Source: Leucoraja ocellata
Lineage: Eukaryota
Direction of reading: 5' to 3'
Assembly: GCA_036785375.1 (NCBI GenBank)
Contig: JAWMAR010000146.1
Coordinates: forward strand, 1,054,001 to 1,118,000
Length of the DNA: 64,000 nt
Part shown: one piece after another, positions 25,694-38,991 of the stretch
How the letters are laid out: each line of letters begins with the position of its first letter
How positions within the stretch are numbered: the stretch's first letter is position 1
Position numbers and translations under genes: made by a program
The notes under the pieces: model-generated
Seen by the model: the letters and a program-made list of their open reading frames with translations, nothing else
Told to the model about the DNA's origin: nothing
The model's database searches: none

Positions 25694-26424
25694 AACAACT
25701 AATTTATCCTATTATTCTATATAATGGAACCAGAGTCCTTGGAGTAAGTCCAGCAAGCCTGAGGATGAGAGATCTGCGGAGGTTGTCACTGAGCTATCAG
25801 ACTCTACGAGGACTCCAACAGCAGAGTGCTAGAATATCTCATGTTTGGTCATGCTCAACTAAATGTTGTGCTCTATTAGAGCTTATGCTTGGGAATTGTC
25901 TGGTGATGTGCACATTGGCTGGCAGATCAGAACAGATCTCCTCATTTTGATCAGTTAGGATCAGGAGGGCAATATTTTGAAACCCTGCTCTCTTTATAAA
26001 ACTATCCCAACATAAAATGCAGCATCTCCCCTGAACAAAAATGTTCCTCAATGCTTAGAGAACACAACTCTGATTGTTGAGTTCGCAGTCTAACCATGTA
26101 GTTTCACTAATCCAGACGTTACATGTTACCTTACAAAACCCATACCATCACTCAGGAAAGACCCTCTCTAGAAGCAGTGCATCTATCATTCCCTGGAAAC
26201 AACTCCTTCAGTGCAACATGCATTGTTGAATCACTTCAGTTACCAACACTTTTTCCCTATTAATAAGGTAGTTGTTCTGCAGAGGTGTTTATTTTTTTGT
26301 AAAACGTGGCACAAATGGATAATTATGCAGAAAAAAAGATGAATATCCCCTTAAAACATATAATGGGAATATTTGGTTTATTTAGTCATTGCTTGTACAC
26401 AAAGCAGTCCCATTTCCCATCTTG

Positions 26425-26555
26425 TTCAAGAAGGAACTGCAGATGCTGGAAAATCGAAGGTACACAAAAATGCTGGAGAAACTCAGCGGGTGCAGCAGCA
26501 TCTATGACTGGAAAATCGAAGGTACACAAAAATGCCGGAGAAAGCTGGAAAATCT
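26425..26555 (-). repeat. Penelope terminal-repeat fragment with an internal tandem duplication
   Basis: ctggaaaatcgaaggtacacaaaaatgc.ggagaaa occurs twice, plus a third ctggaaaatc. Confidence 0.8.
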
Positions 26556-26629
26556 TACCATTTCCCACCTTACTTGATTGTAACCTATTCTCTCTCACAC
26601 ACTCATCGCCGTTCCTATGATTCGCCTCC

Positions 26630-26815
26630 TACCCAGCAACACCAGAGGTAATGTACAGCTGCCAATTAACCCACCAACCTGCACATCTTTGGGATGTGAA
26701 AGAAAACTGAAGTTTCCGTGGAAACCTTTGCTGCCACAAAGAGAACATGTAAACTCCACACAGACAGCATCCAGGGACCAAATCAAACTTGGATTGTTGG
26801 TGTTGTGTTGCTGTG
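26630..26815 (-). mobile_element. Old V-SINE
   Basis: Reverse V-domain: acctgcacatctttgggatgtg...agagaacatgtaaactccacacagacagc. Confidence 0.8.
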
Positions 26816-27557
26816 TGTCTGACTTCATATGAGTGCATTGGTAACTTTTAAATGCAAAGGAAGAGATTTAAAAAAAGGAATTTAAAACAGGCCTCATTTC
26901 ACTTTATAAAGATGCTCACTGTTTGCCAAGATTTACTTCTAATTGATAATTAAGGCTGTGCTCATGGATCTGAGCAGATGGTATAATTACAATCTGAATG
27001 TGAATTGAATAATCAACATGTTCTTGAAGTGTAAAGCAAGCCTATATAATATTACCTTTCTTTCTGCGATGACTATAATCAAGAGAATGAAAAGAAACAA
27101 CACATTATTTTGCAGAAAGTCTGACTTTCCTTTTTTATACATCCGAGAAATACATTTATGCTGCAAGCTCTCAAGAATATCAGTTTACAAACTTACGTGA
27201 ATAAGTATTTTTTAAAAACACAATGAATATTAAATTGCTTCCAAGTGGACTCTGTGTAAATTTGGCAAAGAATAAAAAAATAATAATCTGCTCAGTCTGA
27301 TGGATTAGCAATGTGGGAATGCTTATTTTCCCCCCAAAGTATCTCTTGCCATTTCCCTTCTTCCAGCAGTCTGTGAAAAATTAACAGTAAAACATGTTTA
27401 CATTAATGTTACTGACTTGAGGAGAAACATGACTACAAAAGGTAATTGTGCAGTGGAACTGCAATGGGACAATTCTGGACATGTTCTTGGAGCATTGAGG
27501 GTCAATCACCTATATTTAAAGAAGTGACAACACAGTACCTTGACAGGAAGGTGTTCG

Positions 27558-29063
27558 TTGACAGAAATATTTCAAATGTCATTAGAAACGGGAATGGTCC
27601 CCGAGGATTGGCGTACTGCGCATGTTGTTCCATTGTTTAAAAAGGGTTCTAAGAGTAAACCTAGCAATTATAGGCCTGTTAGTTTGACTTCAGTGGTGGG
27701 CAAATTAATGGAAAAGATACTTAGAGATAATATATATAAGCATCTGGATAAACAGGGTCTGATTAGGAACAGTCAGCATGGATTTGTGCCTGGAAGATCA
27801 TGTTTGACTAATTTTCTTGAATTTTTTGAAGAGGTTACTAGGGAAATTGACGAGGGTAAAGCAGTGGATGTTGTCTATATGGACTTTAGTAAGGCCTTTG
27901 ACAAGGTTCCTCATGGAAGGTTGGTTAAGAAGGTTCAACTGTTGGGTATAAATGCAGGAGTAGCTAGATGGATTCAACAGTGGCTGAATGGGAGAAGCCA
28001 GAGGGTAATGGTGGATGGTTGTTTGTCGGGTTGGAGGCAGGTGACTAGTGGGGTGCCTCAGGGATCGGTGTTGGGTCCTTTGATGTTTGTCATGTACATC
28101 AATGATCTGGATGAAGGTGTGGTAAATTGGATTAGTAAGTATGCAGATGATACCAAGATAGGCGGTGTTGTGGATATTGAAGAAGATTTCCAAAGTCTAC
28201 AGAGTGATTTAGGCCATTTGGAAGAATGGGCTGAAAGATGGCAGATGGAGTTTAATGCTGATAAATGTGAGGTGCTACACCTTGGCAGGACAAATCAAAA
28301 TAGGCCATACATGGTAAATGGTAGGGAATTGAAGAATACAGTTGAACAGAGGGATCTGGGAATAACCGTGCATAGTTCCTTGAAGGTGGAATCTCATATA
28401 GATAGGGTGGTAAAGAAAGCTTTTGGTATGCTAGCCTTTATAAATCAGAGCATTGAGTATAGAAGCTAGGATGTAATGTTAAAATTGTACAAGGCATTGG
28501 TGAGACCAAATCTGGAGTATGGTGTACAATTTTGGTCGCCCAATTATAGGAAGGATGTCAACAAAATAGAGAGAGTACAGAGGAGATTTACTAGAATGTT
28601 GCCTGGGTTTCAACAACTAAGTTACAGAGAAAGGTTGAATGTTAGGTCTTTATTCTCTGGAGCGCAGAAGGTTAAGGGGGGACTTGATAGAGGTCTTTAA
28701 AATGATGAGAGGGATAGACAGAGTTGATGTGGACCAGCTTTTCCCTTTGAGAATAGGGAAGATTCAAACAAGAGGACATGACTTCAAAATTATGAGACAG
28801 AAGTTTAGGGGTAACATGAGGGGGAACTTCTTTACTCAGAGAGTGGTAGCGGTGTGGAATAAGCTTCCAGTGGAAGTGGTGGAGGCAGGTTCGTTGGTAT
28901 CATTTAAAAATAAATTGGATAGGCATATGGATGAGAAGGGAATGGAGGGTTATGGTATGAGTGCAGGCAGGTGGGACTAAGGGAAAAAAGTTGTTCGGCA
29001 CGGACTTGTAGGGCCGAGATGGCCTGTTTCCGTGCTGTAATTGTTATATGTTATATATGTTAC
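27558..29063 (+). mobile_element. CR1 LINE (second subfamily), 5'-truncated, with a near-complete RT domain
   Basis: ORF 27540-28469 has [32 protein letters not shown] and YADD. One premature TAG at 28467-28469 and a frameshift near 28640; (GTTATAT)n tail. Confidence 0.97.
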
Positions 29064-29094
29064 TGGTCATTTAAAAACTTATCATCCTACTGCA

Positions 29095-29190
29095 GAGACG
29101 GGTTTCAACCCAAAATGTCACCCATTCCTTCTCTTCAGAGATGCTACCTGTGCCGCTGACTTACTCCAGCACTTTGTGTCTATCTTTGAC
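29095..29190 (+). repeat. Penelope terminal-repeat fragment
   Basis: gggtttcaacccaaaatgtcacccattccttctc. Confidence 0.8.
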
Positions 29191-30124
29191 CTAATAAACT
29201 TTTCAGCTAACTCTGGTCATAACAAATGTCAAACTAATAATCTGAACTACGGCAGAGTATTGTTCTGACTCTGGCAAGTTGAGGACTGGGAATGTGAATT
29301 TGGCGGAGCCTTATGGAAACTAATGTTAAAATGCAGCTCAGGAAGAATATAAGAAATGGGCTATTCGGTACCTGCCTTGTACCTACTCCATCATTCAATA
29401 GGATCATGGCTGTTCTTTTACTTCAGCACCCCTTAATAGGTACACCATCCCCGAGTATAAACACTTCTTGGGATCTTGTTATTTCTGGCAAGATCATAAT
29501 TTAATTCCCATTGTAACTAGCCTTGAGATGTTAGTGGTGAGCTGCCTTTGACTGTTACCGTCCTTCAGCTAAAAGTCCCCCACAATGCTGTTGGGAGGGA
29601 GTTCCACTTTGCTTTGTTTCCAAGTGGCTTAGCACCATAAAATCGTGGGGGTAGATCTCATCACTAGATTGGAGTTATGAATCAATCTTTTATTAAGAAA
29701 CCTAATTGTCTAAAATTGTATTAAAGCTGTAGTAAGCATATTCATGACTCCTGCATTAGACAAGGAATAGGTGATGTTTCAGATCGAGACTTTCTTCAGT
29801 TTACGTAAATCAGCTGAGGGTAATGACTGGCAATGATAAGGAAGTAAGAAACAGAATAGGAGTAAAGTTGTAGAAATACAAAAGAAAATTAAATGTGGTT
29901 GCACAATAATACAACAAGGAAGTGAGTAGTGACTCGGTCTTGCATTCTGTCATGATAGACCAGGTCATCCACTCCTGTGGATGAATTGGAAGGGACTTCC
30001 AAAATACCCGACTTTCAGAATTGAGCTGGAAGATGCCAACTGTAGCAGTCACAAAAGGAAGGGAAAAAAAGACGTAAGGAACTAAAAAAAAGAATAACGG
30101 AATTTTGCTTGTTGGGAAAAAAAA

Positions 30125-30670
30125 TTCAGAATCAGCCTGTTGACAAGGCCTGTATTTATTGCCCATACTGAAATGTCCTTGAAGAGGTGGCATTGAGCTG
30201 TCTGTTTGAACCATCTGGTGAAGGTGGTTGAGTTAGAAGTACAGAACTATTGAATTAGAAGTACTATGATTTAGACCAAATGGTGATAAAGGGATGGTAA
30301 TATATTTCCAAGTCAGGATTGCGCACAACGTGGAAGGGAACCAGCAAATGTTGGTGTCTTAGTATCCTACTGCGTTTGTCTTTCTCAATGGTTGAGGTCG
30401 TAGCTTTGGGAGGTGGCGTTGTGTGGCCCAGCGAGTAAATACAGTGTAGTTTATATATGGGGCACAATTCCATGACTGTGTGCTGGTGGTGGAGGGAATG
30501 AAAGGTTAGATGGGTTGAAAGGGTGTTAATCAATCTAGCTGATTTGTTCTGGATGATGTTGAGCTTCTTGAGTGCTGTTGCACTCATATGTGTAAGTAGA
30601 GAATTTCCATTACAAGCTTGTTGTAACTTTGCCTCTTGCACATTTTTCCACAAGATCTGACCTGGCATGG
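30125..30670 (-). mobile_element. Old CR1/L2-group LINE 3' end
   Basis: LKKLNIIQNKSARLI...HSLHHQHTV...IYKLHC; tail gggcaataaatacaggccttg. Further fragments near 29515-29605 and 44865-45010. Confidence 0.75.
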
Positions 30671-33389
30671 TTTGTTCTGCTGGATTTGTGCAATGACACT
30701 GTTGGAGTGCACTGCAAAAATAATTGTCAACAATTCAGGACCTCTGCATCCCTGTAATATTAATAAAAATGCAAGTATTCTTTTATAAACTTAGAAATGC
30801 TTAATCGCCTTCAATGCTTTCCTCAACAAGCAGATTGATCTTAGGAGCATGCTTCTAAACGCCTGTCCAGATCATGTTGATACGGCAATTCACTAGTCAC
30901 TACCTTTAACTTTGATTTGCCAACAGTTTTGTGCAATGATAAAATAAATTAAGATAGAGCTGAGATAATTATCCCTTAACTTGACTCTCTCTATAAAATG
31001 TAGATCAAGAAGTACCGGTGGAATAAAAAAAGATAAACCAGAAAATAGGAAATACCTTTTTTCATTCACTCAGTTGCCTCTATTGCAGACAGTAACTGGG
31101 GTATGATTCATATACATGTGACTATACGTCACCCATGAAGTTTGCTAGTTTCCAAATAATATTTAACTTACAGCATCAGCATATGTCACCATACTGCTAG
31201 TTTTTCATCACTACTCTTAGTAAACACAAAATTAAAATAATTACGATCAGGTGCTAAATACGTTAATTTGCCATAGAGTTTAATATATTCTTCTTGCTCC
31301 CTCTATGTTAATGCCACACAGGCATCTCCCGAGTGCTTTTTCTTTTACTCCTGATGCAACACTTCCAAAAGTGCCACCTGAATACTGAAAGCTTGCTAGT
31401 CATCTTTTCGGATTGTGTAGGCTTTTTTGATTGTCCTTTGATTGATCACTGATCTTGTAGGATTTCAATTGGCCAAAGTGAATCAACTGAGGAAGTTAAA
31501 CTAGTCTTTAAAACAGGTGATTTTGAAAAGTAATTCACTTTGATGAGCGTGATTTTATATAATGGGCAGGGGAAAAGCAACATCACCAATCAGTCTCTGG
31601 AGCACAGTTTGTTTATTGAAATTAGATCCCATCAACAACCTCACCCCTCCCCCCCACCACCAACCTGTTTGCTGTGAAGAGTGTTTTAAGCTGTTGCAGA
31701 TTGCATAGCTTTCTCTTTGTTTTGGTCTTGTTTTATTACCAATTTCAAATGATTTTTTTAAGCAAATGAGAGGAAATGGGAGAAATACACCAATGCTGGT
31801 GCTTCTGCGTGAACATAGTGGGTTCGGAAATACGGCTACAAAATTAATCAATGCACCTTTTTGGCTTCAACAAGATATTCCAGAGAAACAAAATCATACA
31901 CAATAAAAATTGATGCGAAGCAATGATGATATGTTTTTCTTCAATTATGAGTCAATCGGTCTCAACATTACGCATTTGAGAGAAACCAAAATGGTAGACA
32001 TGTCAAGTTAATTGTGGAACAGGTATTCTTCAATGGCGGCCGAGTCTATTAAAATCATACAGCTTTGCACAGAGGAGTGCAGGAACAAAAACTGGACAAC
32101 CACTGAGAATGAGACTTGTCTGAATAAGGAAACTATGATTTTGTTTTTAGAAGCAATAGCACAGATAGCAGTTGTTCTTGCAGGATAAAATGTGAAGAAT
32201 ACAAGGTTGAAGATGGGGAATCTAATCTCTGCTACCAGCTCACACATAACCTTAATTAATTATTTTTGGCAGCAACAGTTCAAGGTCCTTCTGAAGCCCT
32301 AACCAATAAAGCCAGTAACAGGGTTGGTAATTATAGGCCATATTTACATAGTAGTGATCGATCTTTGATTTTAGATGACCAAGAAGTGGCAACGTAACCC
32401 TCCAAATGACAGGAGTATAATCCCAATATCCCTTATACTGCATTATTTTCTCAGTTTCCACTAAACATTATATTTTACTATTAATAAGGAATACATTTGC
32501 AAATGTCAAGTCCAGTGGTTCTCCTGAAGTGAGCATCATCTGCATTCCTATATCTGCATTCCACACCAAGCAATGTGGTTTACTGATGTGCTTTGCCTGA
32601 GACTGGCTACTTTTTTTTTTATTATTTCTGGATTCTATTTTACAACCCTGTAGCAATTAAAATCAATGAAGGTAAACAGTTCAAAACATTGTTGGCAAAA
32701 AGCATGAGTAACAACCATTAAATAACTTGCTACACTTATCTGTTAAGAATGTATGTCACATATCATTGTTGGATGAAGGTTAATTCACATTTCAATGTGA
32801 GGAGAGCATCTTCACTTCTGGTCTGCTAAAACCTCTCCGGATGATGTTATGAACTTATCACAGCCAGGACACTCATTAACTACTCAAGCAACTAATGAAA
32901 ATGGTGTCATTACAGGTGCGACATTAGGTGGCTGTTTCCTCTGCTTGCACTAATGAAATGGTGTATTCCAAAAAGACTGTTGGAAATTCATGAGCACTCA
33001 TTGTTTGCAATGGCAAATGGAATATCACTGGCTCAAAGGATCTGCAGATCTAGAAACACCCTCAGCATAAGTTGGTCACATCTGAAAGTATTCCTCGTCC
33101 CAACGAAGACCGGAGATTACTCTCTTTGCTGACCAGAGAGCATAGCAAGATCTCTGTTTAGATCTTGGTGGTAGATTTATTCTCTTGCGAAGTGGGATGA
33201 CCAGAGCAGTGAAAAGAACCTGGTGCTATAATGTAAAATTTCTCCACTAACCTCTCTCGAAAATAGCCATTGAAATTGAAATAGGAATTGTTGAAAATAA
33301 GAGACAAATAACTTTAAGGTTGACTACTTTCCACTGGAGCTTCACTGGAGGGATAGAGGCCTAACAGATTATAATTAACCAATGCGAGG

Positions 33390-33975
33390 TAGTGTAGTGG
33401 AGGGGGGAGGGGAGTAAAGATCGAAAAGGTTGAAAGTAAGTGAGATTAAATGGCACGTTAAAAAAAATGTGGCAACAGGAAAAAGGTAAAAAGGATTGGT
33501 CGAGAAGGTGTAAATAGATATCAACACCGACAGCTTTATTCAAAACAATTGGGGTAAATGATATGATCTGAAATTGCTCGGTATAATATTGGGCACAGGT
33601 GGCTGTAGAATGTCTCATGAATAGATTGAGATTACAGGTAACCAGAAATTTGAGGTCATGCTTGCAGACTGAAAGGAAGTGATCAACAATTCTCATTAGC
33701 CTCCTGGGTGTGCAGATCAACATACAACAAATCGAAGGAGGTGTAAATACATTCTTAATTCATCTGGATGGAGTCTTCGGGATATTCCATAGTGGGAAGG
33801 GAGGAGGTGAAAAGATTGGTATTATATTTACTGCCATAATAAGGTAATGTTCTGTTGAAAGGTCACCAACCTGAAACATGAACTCTGTTGCCCTCCCCAG
33901 AGCTGCGGCCTGAACTACTGAGTTCATTACTCACATTTTCTGTATCAATTTCTGATTTCCAGTCTTTGCAGTTTT
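33390..33975 (-). mobile_element. Degenerate Penelope GIY-YIG region plus an adjacent oppositely oriented terminal repeat
   Basis: Decayed GIY-YIG-like coding at 33540-33830; gttCTGTTGA-aaggt..acct-GAAA-catgaac at 33849-33883 (+). Confidence 0.6.
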
Positions 33976-34399
33976 TATTTTTTTATTTTAGAGGAAATGT
34001 TGTAATTGACTAAAGGTTGAAGCAAGAGGTTGCAGTGGGAATAAACTTTTGTAACTGAAAAATGTGGGAGTCTTACGTTCTTTTATATTTCTGCTTGATT
34101 AAGCAAATAAACAGGTAGTTATAAATTAACTTTTCCTATTTCAAACCTCCGGGATTTCCTCAATTGGAAAGGTGCGCATAATATCCCTGATTGTCGACTG
34201 TCGATATCCTTAATTCTGGTGCATCACCACTTTTTGTGGGTTATATACATTTTGGAGATACATGTCCCTTTCGACAAAGAATGTATCATAGAAATAATAC
34301 TGGAAATCATGTCCATGGTCATCATTTATCTCATGCTCCCAGTTTCTTGGACTTCAATGTCTTAGACATTGATCATCATGTTTTTTTCTGTCCTCCATC

Positions 34400-35750
34400 T
34401 TCACTATCTCCTTCCTCTCTGTACTTCATTCAACTCCCATGACTCCACCCTGACAAATCCCTGAGGCCTCGTGGTCTGCACACTCTCAATGTGCCTCCCA
34501 CCAGAAGCCGTCTCTCCGGACCTTGTGACTTCTTCTGATCTTTCTTGTTCCACCTGATCATCCAAGTTACTGCACCTAGCTCAGGCGGGCCTGCAAACAC
34601 AGACTCATCAGCATCTCCCTGTGGAGAGTGGGATGTTCATTCTGCAGAAGAAACAATATCAGCCGATGCGTCATAGACATGTTATTTGGCAACAAGTCGT
34701 TTCCTCCAATATGCAAACTGATCACTCTCCCCATTTGATGTTGAATGACATAGACTGAGAAACTGCCAGATTCCATTGGAATGAAGCAGTATGACAAACT
34801 GTGCCGTGCCAATATGAACTGCATACCATGGGCAGAAACCAGCTCCTCAGCAAGTTCATGGAAACAACACTTGATCTCTGAATCTCAAATATCTGTTGCA
34901 AAGTGGCACACAGCCTAGACAAGAAAGACTTCCAATAGCTTTGAGTGGCTATTAACTAGCAGGAAGAAAAATTTGATTTCCAATCGACAAAATAAAAATC
35001 AGTATCCAGCTTCTGGAAGAAATGAGGTGAGACCTCCAATTCGGAACTTGGTCGATCTCAGGCCAGTACACTAAGACTCTGGTTATATGGGCCATTCCCA
35101 TGGATATCATTCAGTACGGTTATATCTTCAGAATCACCATTCTGTGGCTCCCTTTCAGGCAAACCTGGCACCTCCCAAATCATGTCACCTTCACCAGAAA
35201 TGTCTGATCTTCTCATTCACAGCGATCTCTCACTCCTGCCTGAAAACCAAATTAATTTATCTGTTTCAAAGAAGCCTCTTTTGGGATTTATTGATAAGCT
35301 CTACAGCAGTCACCAAATGGTCATCATCAACAAACTGCAATTTTCCCAATTCCAAATTAACCTTTGCCTCCTCATAAGGCAGACACCTCAATGCCCTCGG
35401 CATCGATGTGCAAATCTTAACACGATGCCCCATTGTTGCAATTATGCAGTTACTACTGTTGGAATGATAGACTTTAGCCCCAATGCTTTACAATTTGTAA
35501 CCGGAGTGAAATACCTTCCAATCTGAAGCTTCTAATATTGAGTAACCCGAAAATGATGACAGTGCCTCTCTCTCAAGCAGCACGTTATTGACAGCGAACG
35601 TTTCTCGCTGTCTTACTCTCGCTGCTGCTAAAGACGCAAGAAGAATTTGCAACGGCCTGATTCCATTGCATGAATAATAACAGCACCCAACCCATAACAT
35701 GAAAGCGTCACAACACTGCTGTAATGCATTCTGTAGTTCATACTAGACAA
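34400..35750. mobile_element. Ancient LINE fragments (unclassified)
   Basis: Higher-GC, decayed coding-like sequence; no intact motif read. Confidence 0.35.
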
Positions 35751-35764
35751 GGCTGATTTCACTG

Positions 35765-35980
35765 AGGCACAAGAGGCTGCAGATGCTGGAATCTGTTCGC
35801 AAAAAATGGCGAGTAACTGGAAGATCTCAGTGGGTCAGCCATCTGTGGGAGAAAATAGACAGCGGACCTTTTCAATGAGGGGTCGAAAATTTCGGATGAA
35901 TTCACACTTCAACTTGGAAAGTTGTTCGTCCATTTCCCTCCACAGGTGCTACCTGACTTGCTGAGCTATTCTAGCTGCAC
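35765..35980. repeat. Penelope-derived inverted repeat
   Basis: ctgcagatgctggaatct...ctcagtgggtcag / ccacaggtgctacctgacttgctgag. Confidence 0.75.
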
Positions 35981-36899
35981 TACTTCTCTTGGCTAACAAA
36001 GGATTTATTGCCATATTCTGTGGCTGGGAATAAGTGAAAGTACACAAGGTTATGGTTAAACTCAGTCAAATCTCACACAGTCCTCTAAATAAGTGGGTCT
36101 GATAAGATCTGGCAAGTATATCATTTTGCTGGTTGTTAGCCCACCGTTCTTCACCAGCAGAGGCACCACTGGCCTCTACAATAGCTGATGTCACTGTCTT
36201 AACCACCTACCACAATAATATAATAATAAATTTTATTGTCATTACACAGAGGTACAACGAGATTTGGTATGTAGCTTCCATCTGATGTACTAACTTAATT
36301 AGCTTAAAATTTAGACACCCAGAAAAACAAGATTTAAAAAATAAAAAAAATAAAAATATTGCTTTTCCCTGCTTGCATATTGCCATGTTTCTTTGGGCTG
36401 CGTCCTCTCCCATGACCTTGGCAAAATTGCTTCCCTTCAGGAACATTTTCACAAGTTGGATGTTCGCGCTTGCTCAAATTGCTCAAGCTCTCAGACATAT
36501 CCAACATATCCACTGCCTGCCTACTTCTTTATTTCCCTCACACAAGAACCCGTTTCCGCTGCTCCCTCTGGCAGAAACATCCAAACCTCAACATAGTGTC
36601 AATGGATTCCTTTGTGTTCTGCTTACATACACAAAGAAACAAAAGCTGAGTTAAAAACATAACAACCTTTATTAAAGGAAGTACATTTTAACTAGATAGT
36701 GGCATCTGATACTGCAATGTATCAAAGTCATGCCACACTGTATGCTCAGTTCTTAAGGGCTCTACAGAAATGTTTGGTGGCTGCAATATACTGGACATGG
36801 CAGAAATGGTGCCAACTCCAGCATATTTCTGATGGGTGGTTAGTGATAACAAGGTGACCACCATCATGGATTTTTTTGGAAGGACTAACAGCAGAACTG

Positions 36900-37445
36900 A
36901 GGGGAATAAAACAGGATCAGTCACGGGACCTACAGTTCCTTAAAACAGTCCAAGGAATTCACATTTGAGGAAAAAAGGAAACACTGATGTGGAAAGTGGC
37001 ATCAGCAGATAGGTTGTGATGGAGACGGAAAGCTGACTTGGGTCTGTGGAGAACACTGGTGGAACAAAATGCAGTTGATGTAGCTGTGGGAGTAATGCGA
37101 TTAAGTGGCCACTGAAAAACACATGAAATGGAAGAGAGGAGCCGGAGACGTACAGTGGGAAGGTGGGACTAGGGTGAAAAGTGCAAAGAAAGGTGCTGAA
37201 GTTTTCCCAGTTGAAACAGTCGTCAATGTGACTGTAAAATACCTAATGGGGGGGGGACACTGAAGTAGAAGTGGAACAATCACTGTGCTGCATTTTTATG
37301 CATCACCCACAACTGAGAGGTACTAGGTTCCCATCACTGCGTCCTTCATATGGATGATATGAACAGAGTCAAAGGAGAAGACATTCAATATAAGGCAGAA
37401 TGGGGCTGATTGGTCCTACGCTTAAGGCAATAGTGAAGGGCCTTC
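36900..37445 (-). mobile_element. Degenerate Penelope RT region
   Basis: Decayed coding (aggttcccat...catatggatg; ggagacggaaag...ggagaacactggt) typical of the Penelope RT C-terminal half. Confidence 0.5.
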
Positions 37446-37477
37446 AGTCTGCTTGGCTCGGACAAAACTCTGAACAT

Positions 37478-37682
37478 TAATAGCCCATTATCTGTTATTT
37501 GCACTTCATCAGTTTATTTATTCATGTGTGTATATATTTATACAATGGTATATGGACACACTGATCTGTTTTGTAGTCAATGCCTACTATGTTCTATTGT
37601 GCTGAAGCAAAGCAAGAATTTCATTGTCCTATCAGGGACACATGACAATAAACTCTCTTGAATCTTGAATAGAATCTTGAAT
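37478..37682 (+). mobile_element. Rex1/Babar-type LINE 3' UTR
   Basis: gaatttcattgtcc...catgacAATAAActctcttgaatcttgaat with a (CTTGAAT)n tail. Confidence 0.75.
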
Positions 37683-37709
37683 ACAGGGATATGGATCATG
37701 TGCAGGCAT

Positions 37710-38991
37710 TTGGAAAGCAATGACTGACAGGATCGGTCAAAGTCAGCATGTATTTATGAAGGGGAAATCATGCTTGACTAATCTTCTGGAATTTTTTGAG
37801 GATGTAACAAGTAGAATGAATAAAGGAGAGCCAGTGGATGTGGTGTATCTGGACTTTCAAAAAAGCCTTTGACAAGGTCCCACACAAGAGATTAGCATAT
37901 GGTATTGGGGGAAGGGTATTGACATGGATAGAGAACTGTTTGGCAGACAGGAAGCGAAGAGTAAGAATTAACGGGTAACTTTCAGAATGGCAGGCAGTGA
38001 CTAGTGGGGTGCCGAAGGCTTGTTGCTGGGACCCCAGTTATTTACAATATATATTTATGATTTAGACAAGGGGATTAAAGGTGACGTCTCCAGGTTTGGA
38101 GATGATACAAAGCTGGGTGGCAGTGTGAGCTGCGATGAGGCTGCAGGGTGACTTGGATAGGTTGAGTGAGTGGGCAGATGCAGTATAATGTGGATAAATG
38201 TGAGGTTATCCACTTTGGTGGCAAGAACAAAAAGGCAGATTATTATCTGAATAGTGTCAGATTAGGAAAAGGGGAGGTGCAACGGGACCTGGGTGTGCTT
38301 GTACATCAGTCATTGAAAGTAAGCATGTAGGTACAGCAGGCAGTGAAGAAAGCTAATGGCATGTTGGCCATCATAACGAGAGGATTTGAGTTTAGAAGCC
38401 ATGAGGTCCTTCTGCAGTTGTACAGGGCCCTGGTGAGACCACTACTTGGAGTATTGTGTGCAATTTTGGTCTCCTAATTTGAGGAAGGATATTATTGCTA
38501 TTGAGGGAGTGCAGCGCAGGTTCACCCGGGATGGCGGGACTGACAATATGATGAAAGAATGGGTTGAATGGGCTTGTATTCACTGGAATTTAGAAGGATG
38601 AGAGGGAATCTTATAGAAATATAAAATTCTTAAAGGATTGGACAGGCTAGATGCAGGAAAAAATTTCCCGATGTTGGGGGAGCCCAGAACCATGGGTCAC
38701 AGTTTAAGAATAAGGAGTAGGCCATTTAGGACTGAGATGAGGAAAAATTTATTCACCAGATAGTTGTGAATCTGTGGAATTCTCTGCCACGGAAGGCAGT
38801 GGAGGCCAATTCACTGGATGTTTTCAATAGAGAGTTTAGCTCTTAGGGCTAAAGGAATCAAGAGATATGGGGAAAAAGCAGGAACGGGGTACTGATTTTA
38901 TATGATCAGCCATGATCATATAGAATGGCAGTGCTGCCTCGAAGGGCTGAATGGCCTACTCCTGCACCTATTTTTCTATGTTTCTATGTTT
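37710..38991 (+). mobile_element. CR1 LINE, 5'-truncated, multiply frameshifted
   Basis: SCLTNLLEFFEDVT, DFQKAFDKVPH and CR1 3' UTR with a (TTTCTATG)n tail. Confidence 0.95.

Noticed and set aside
1500-26555. Spaced direct repeats (1500-1830, 26445-26555) as CRISPR-like arrays
   Set aside because: They are degenerate, few, TE-internal, have no cas genes and sit in a vertebrate context.
27540-28469. 309-aa ORF as a host or novel RT gene
   Set aside because: It is a 5'-truncated CR1 ORF2 with a premature stop and frameshift and no endonuclease domain.
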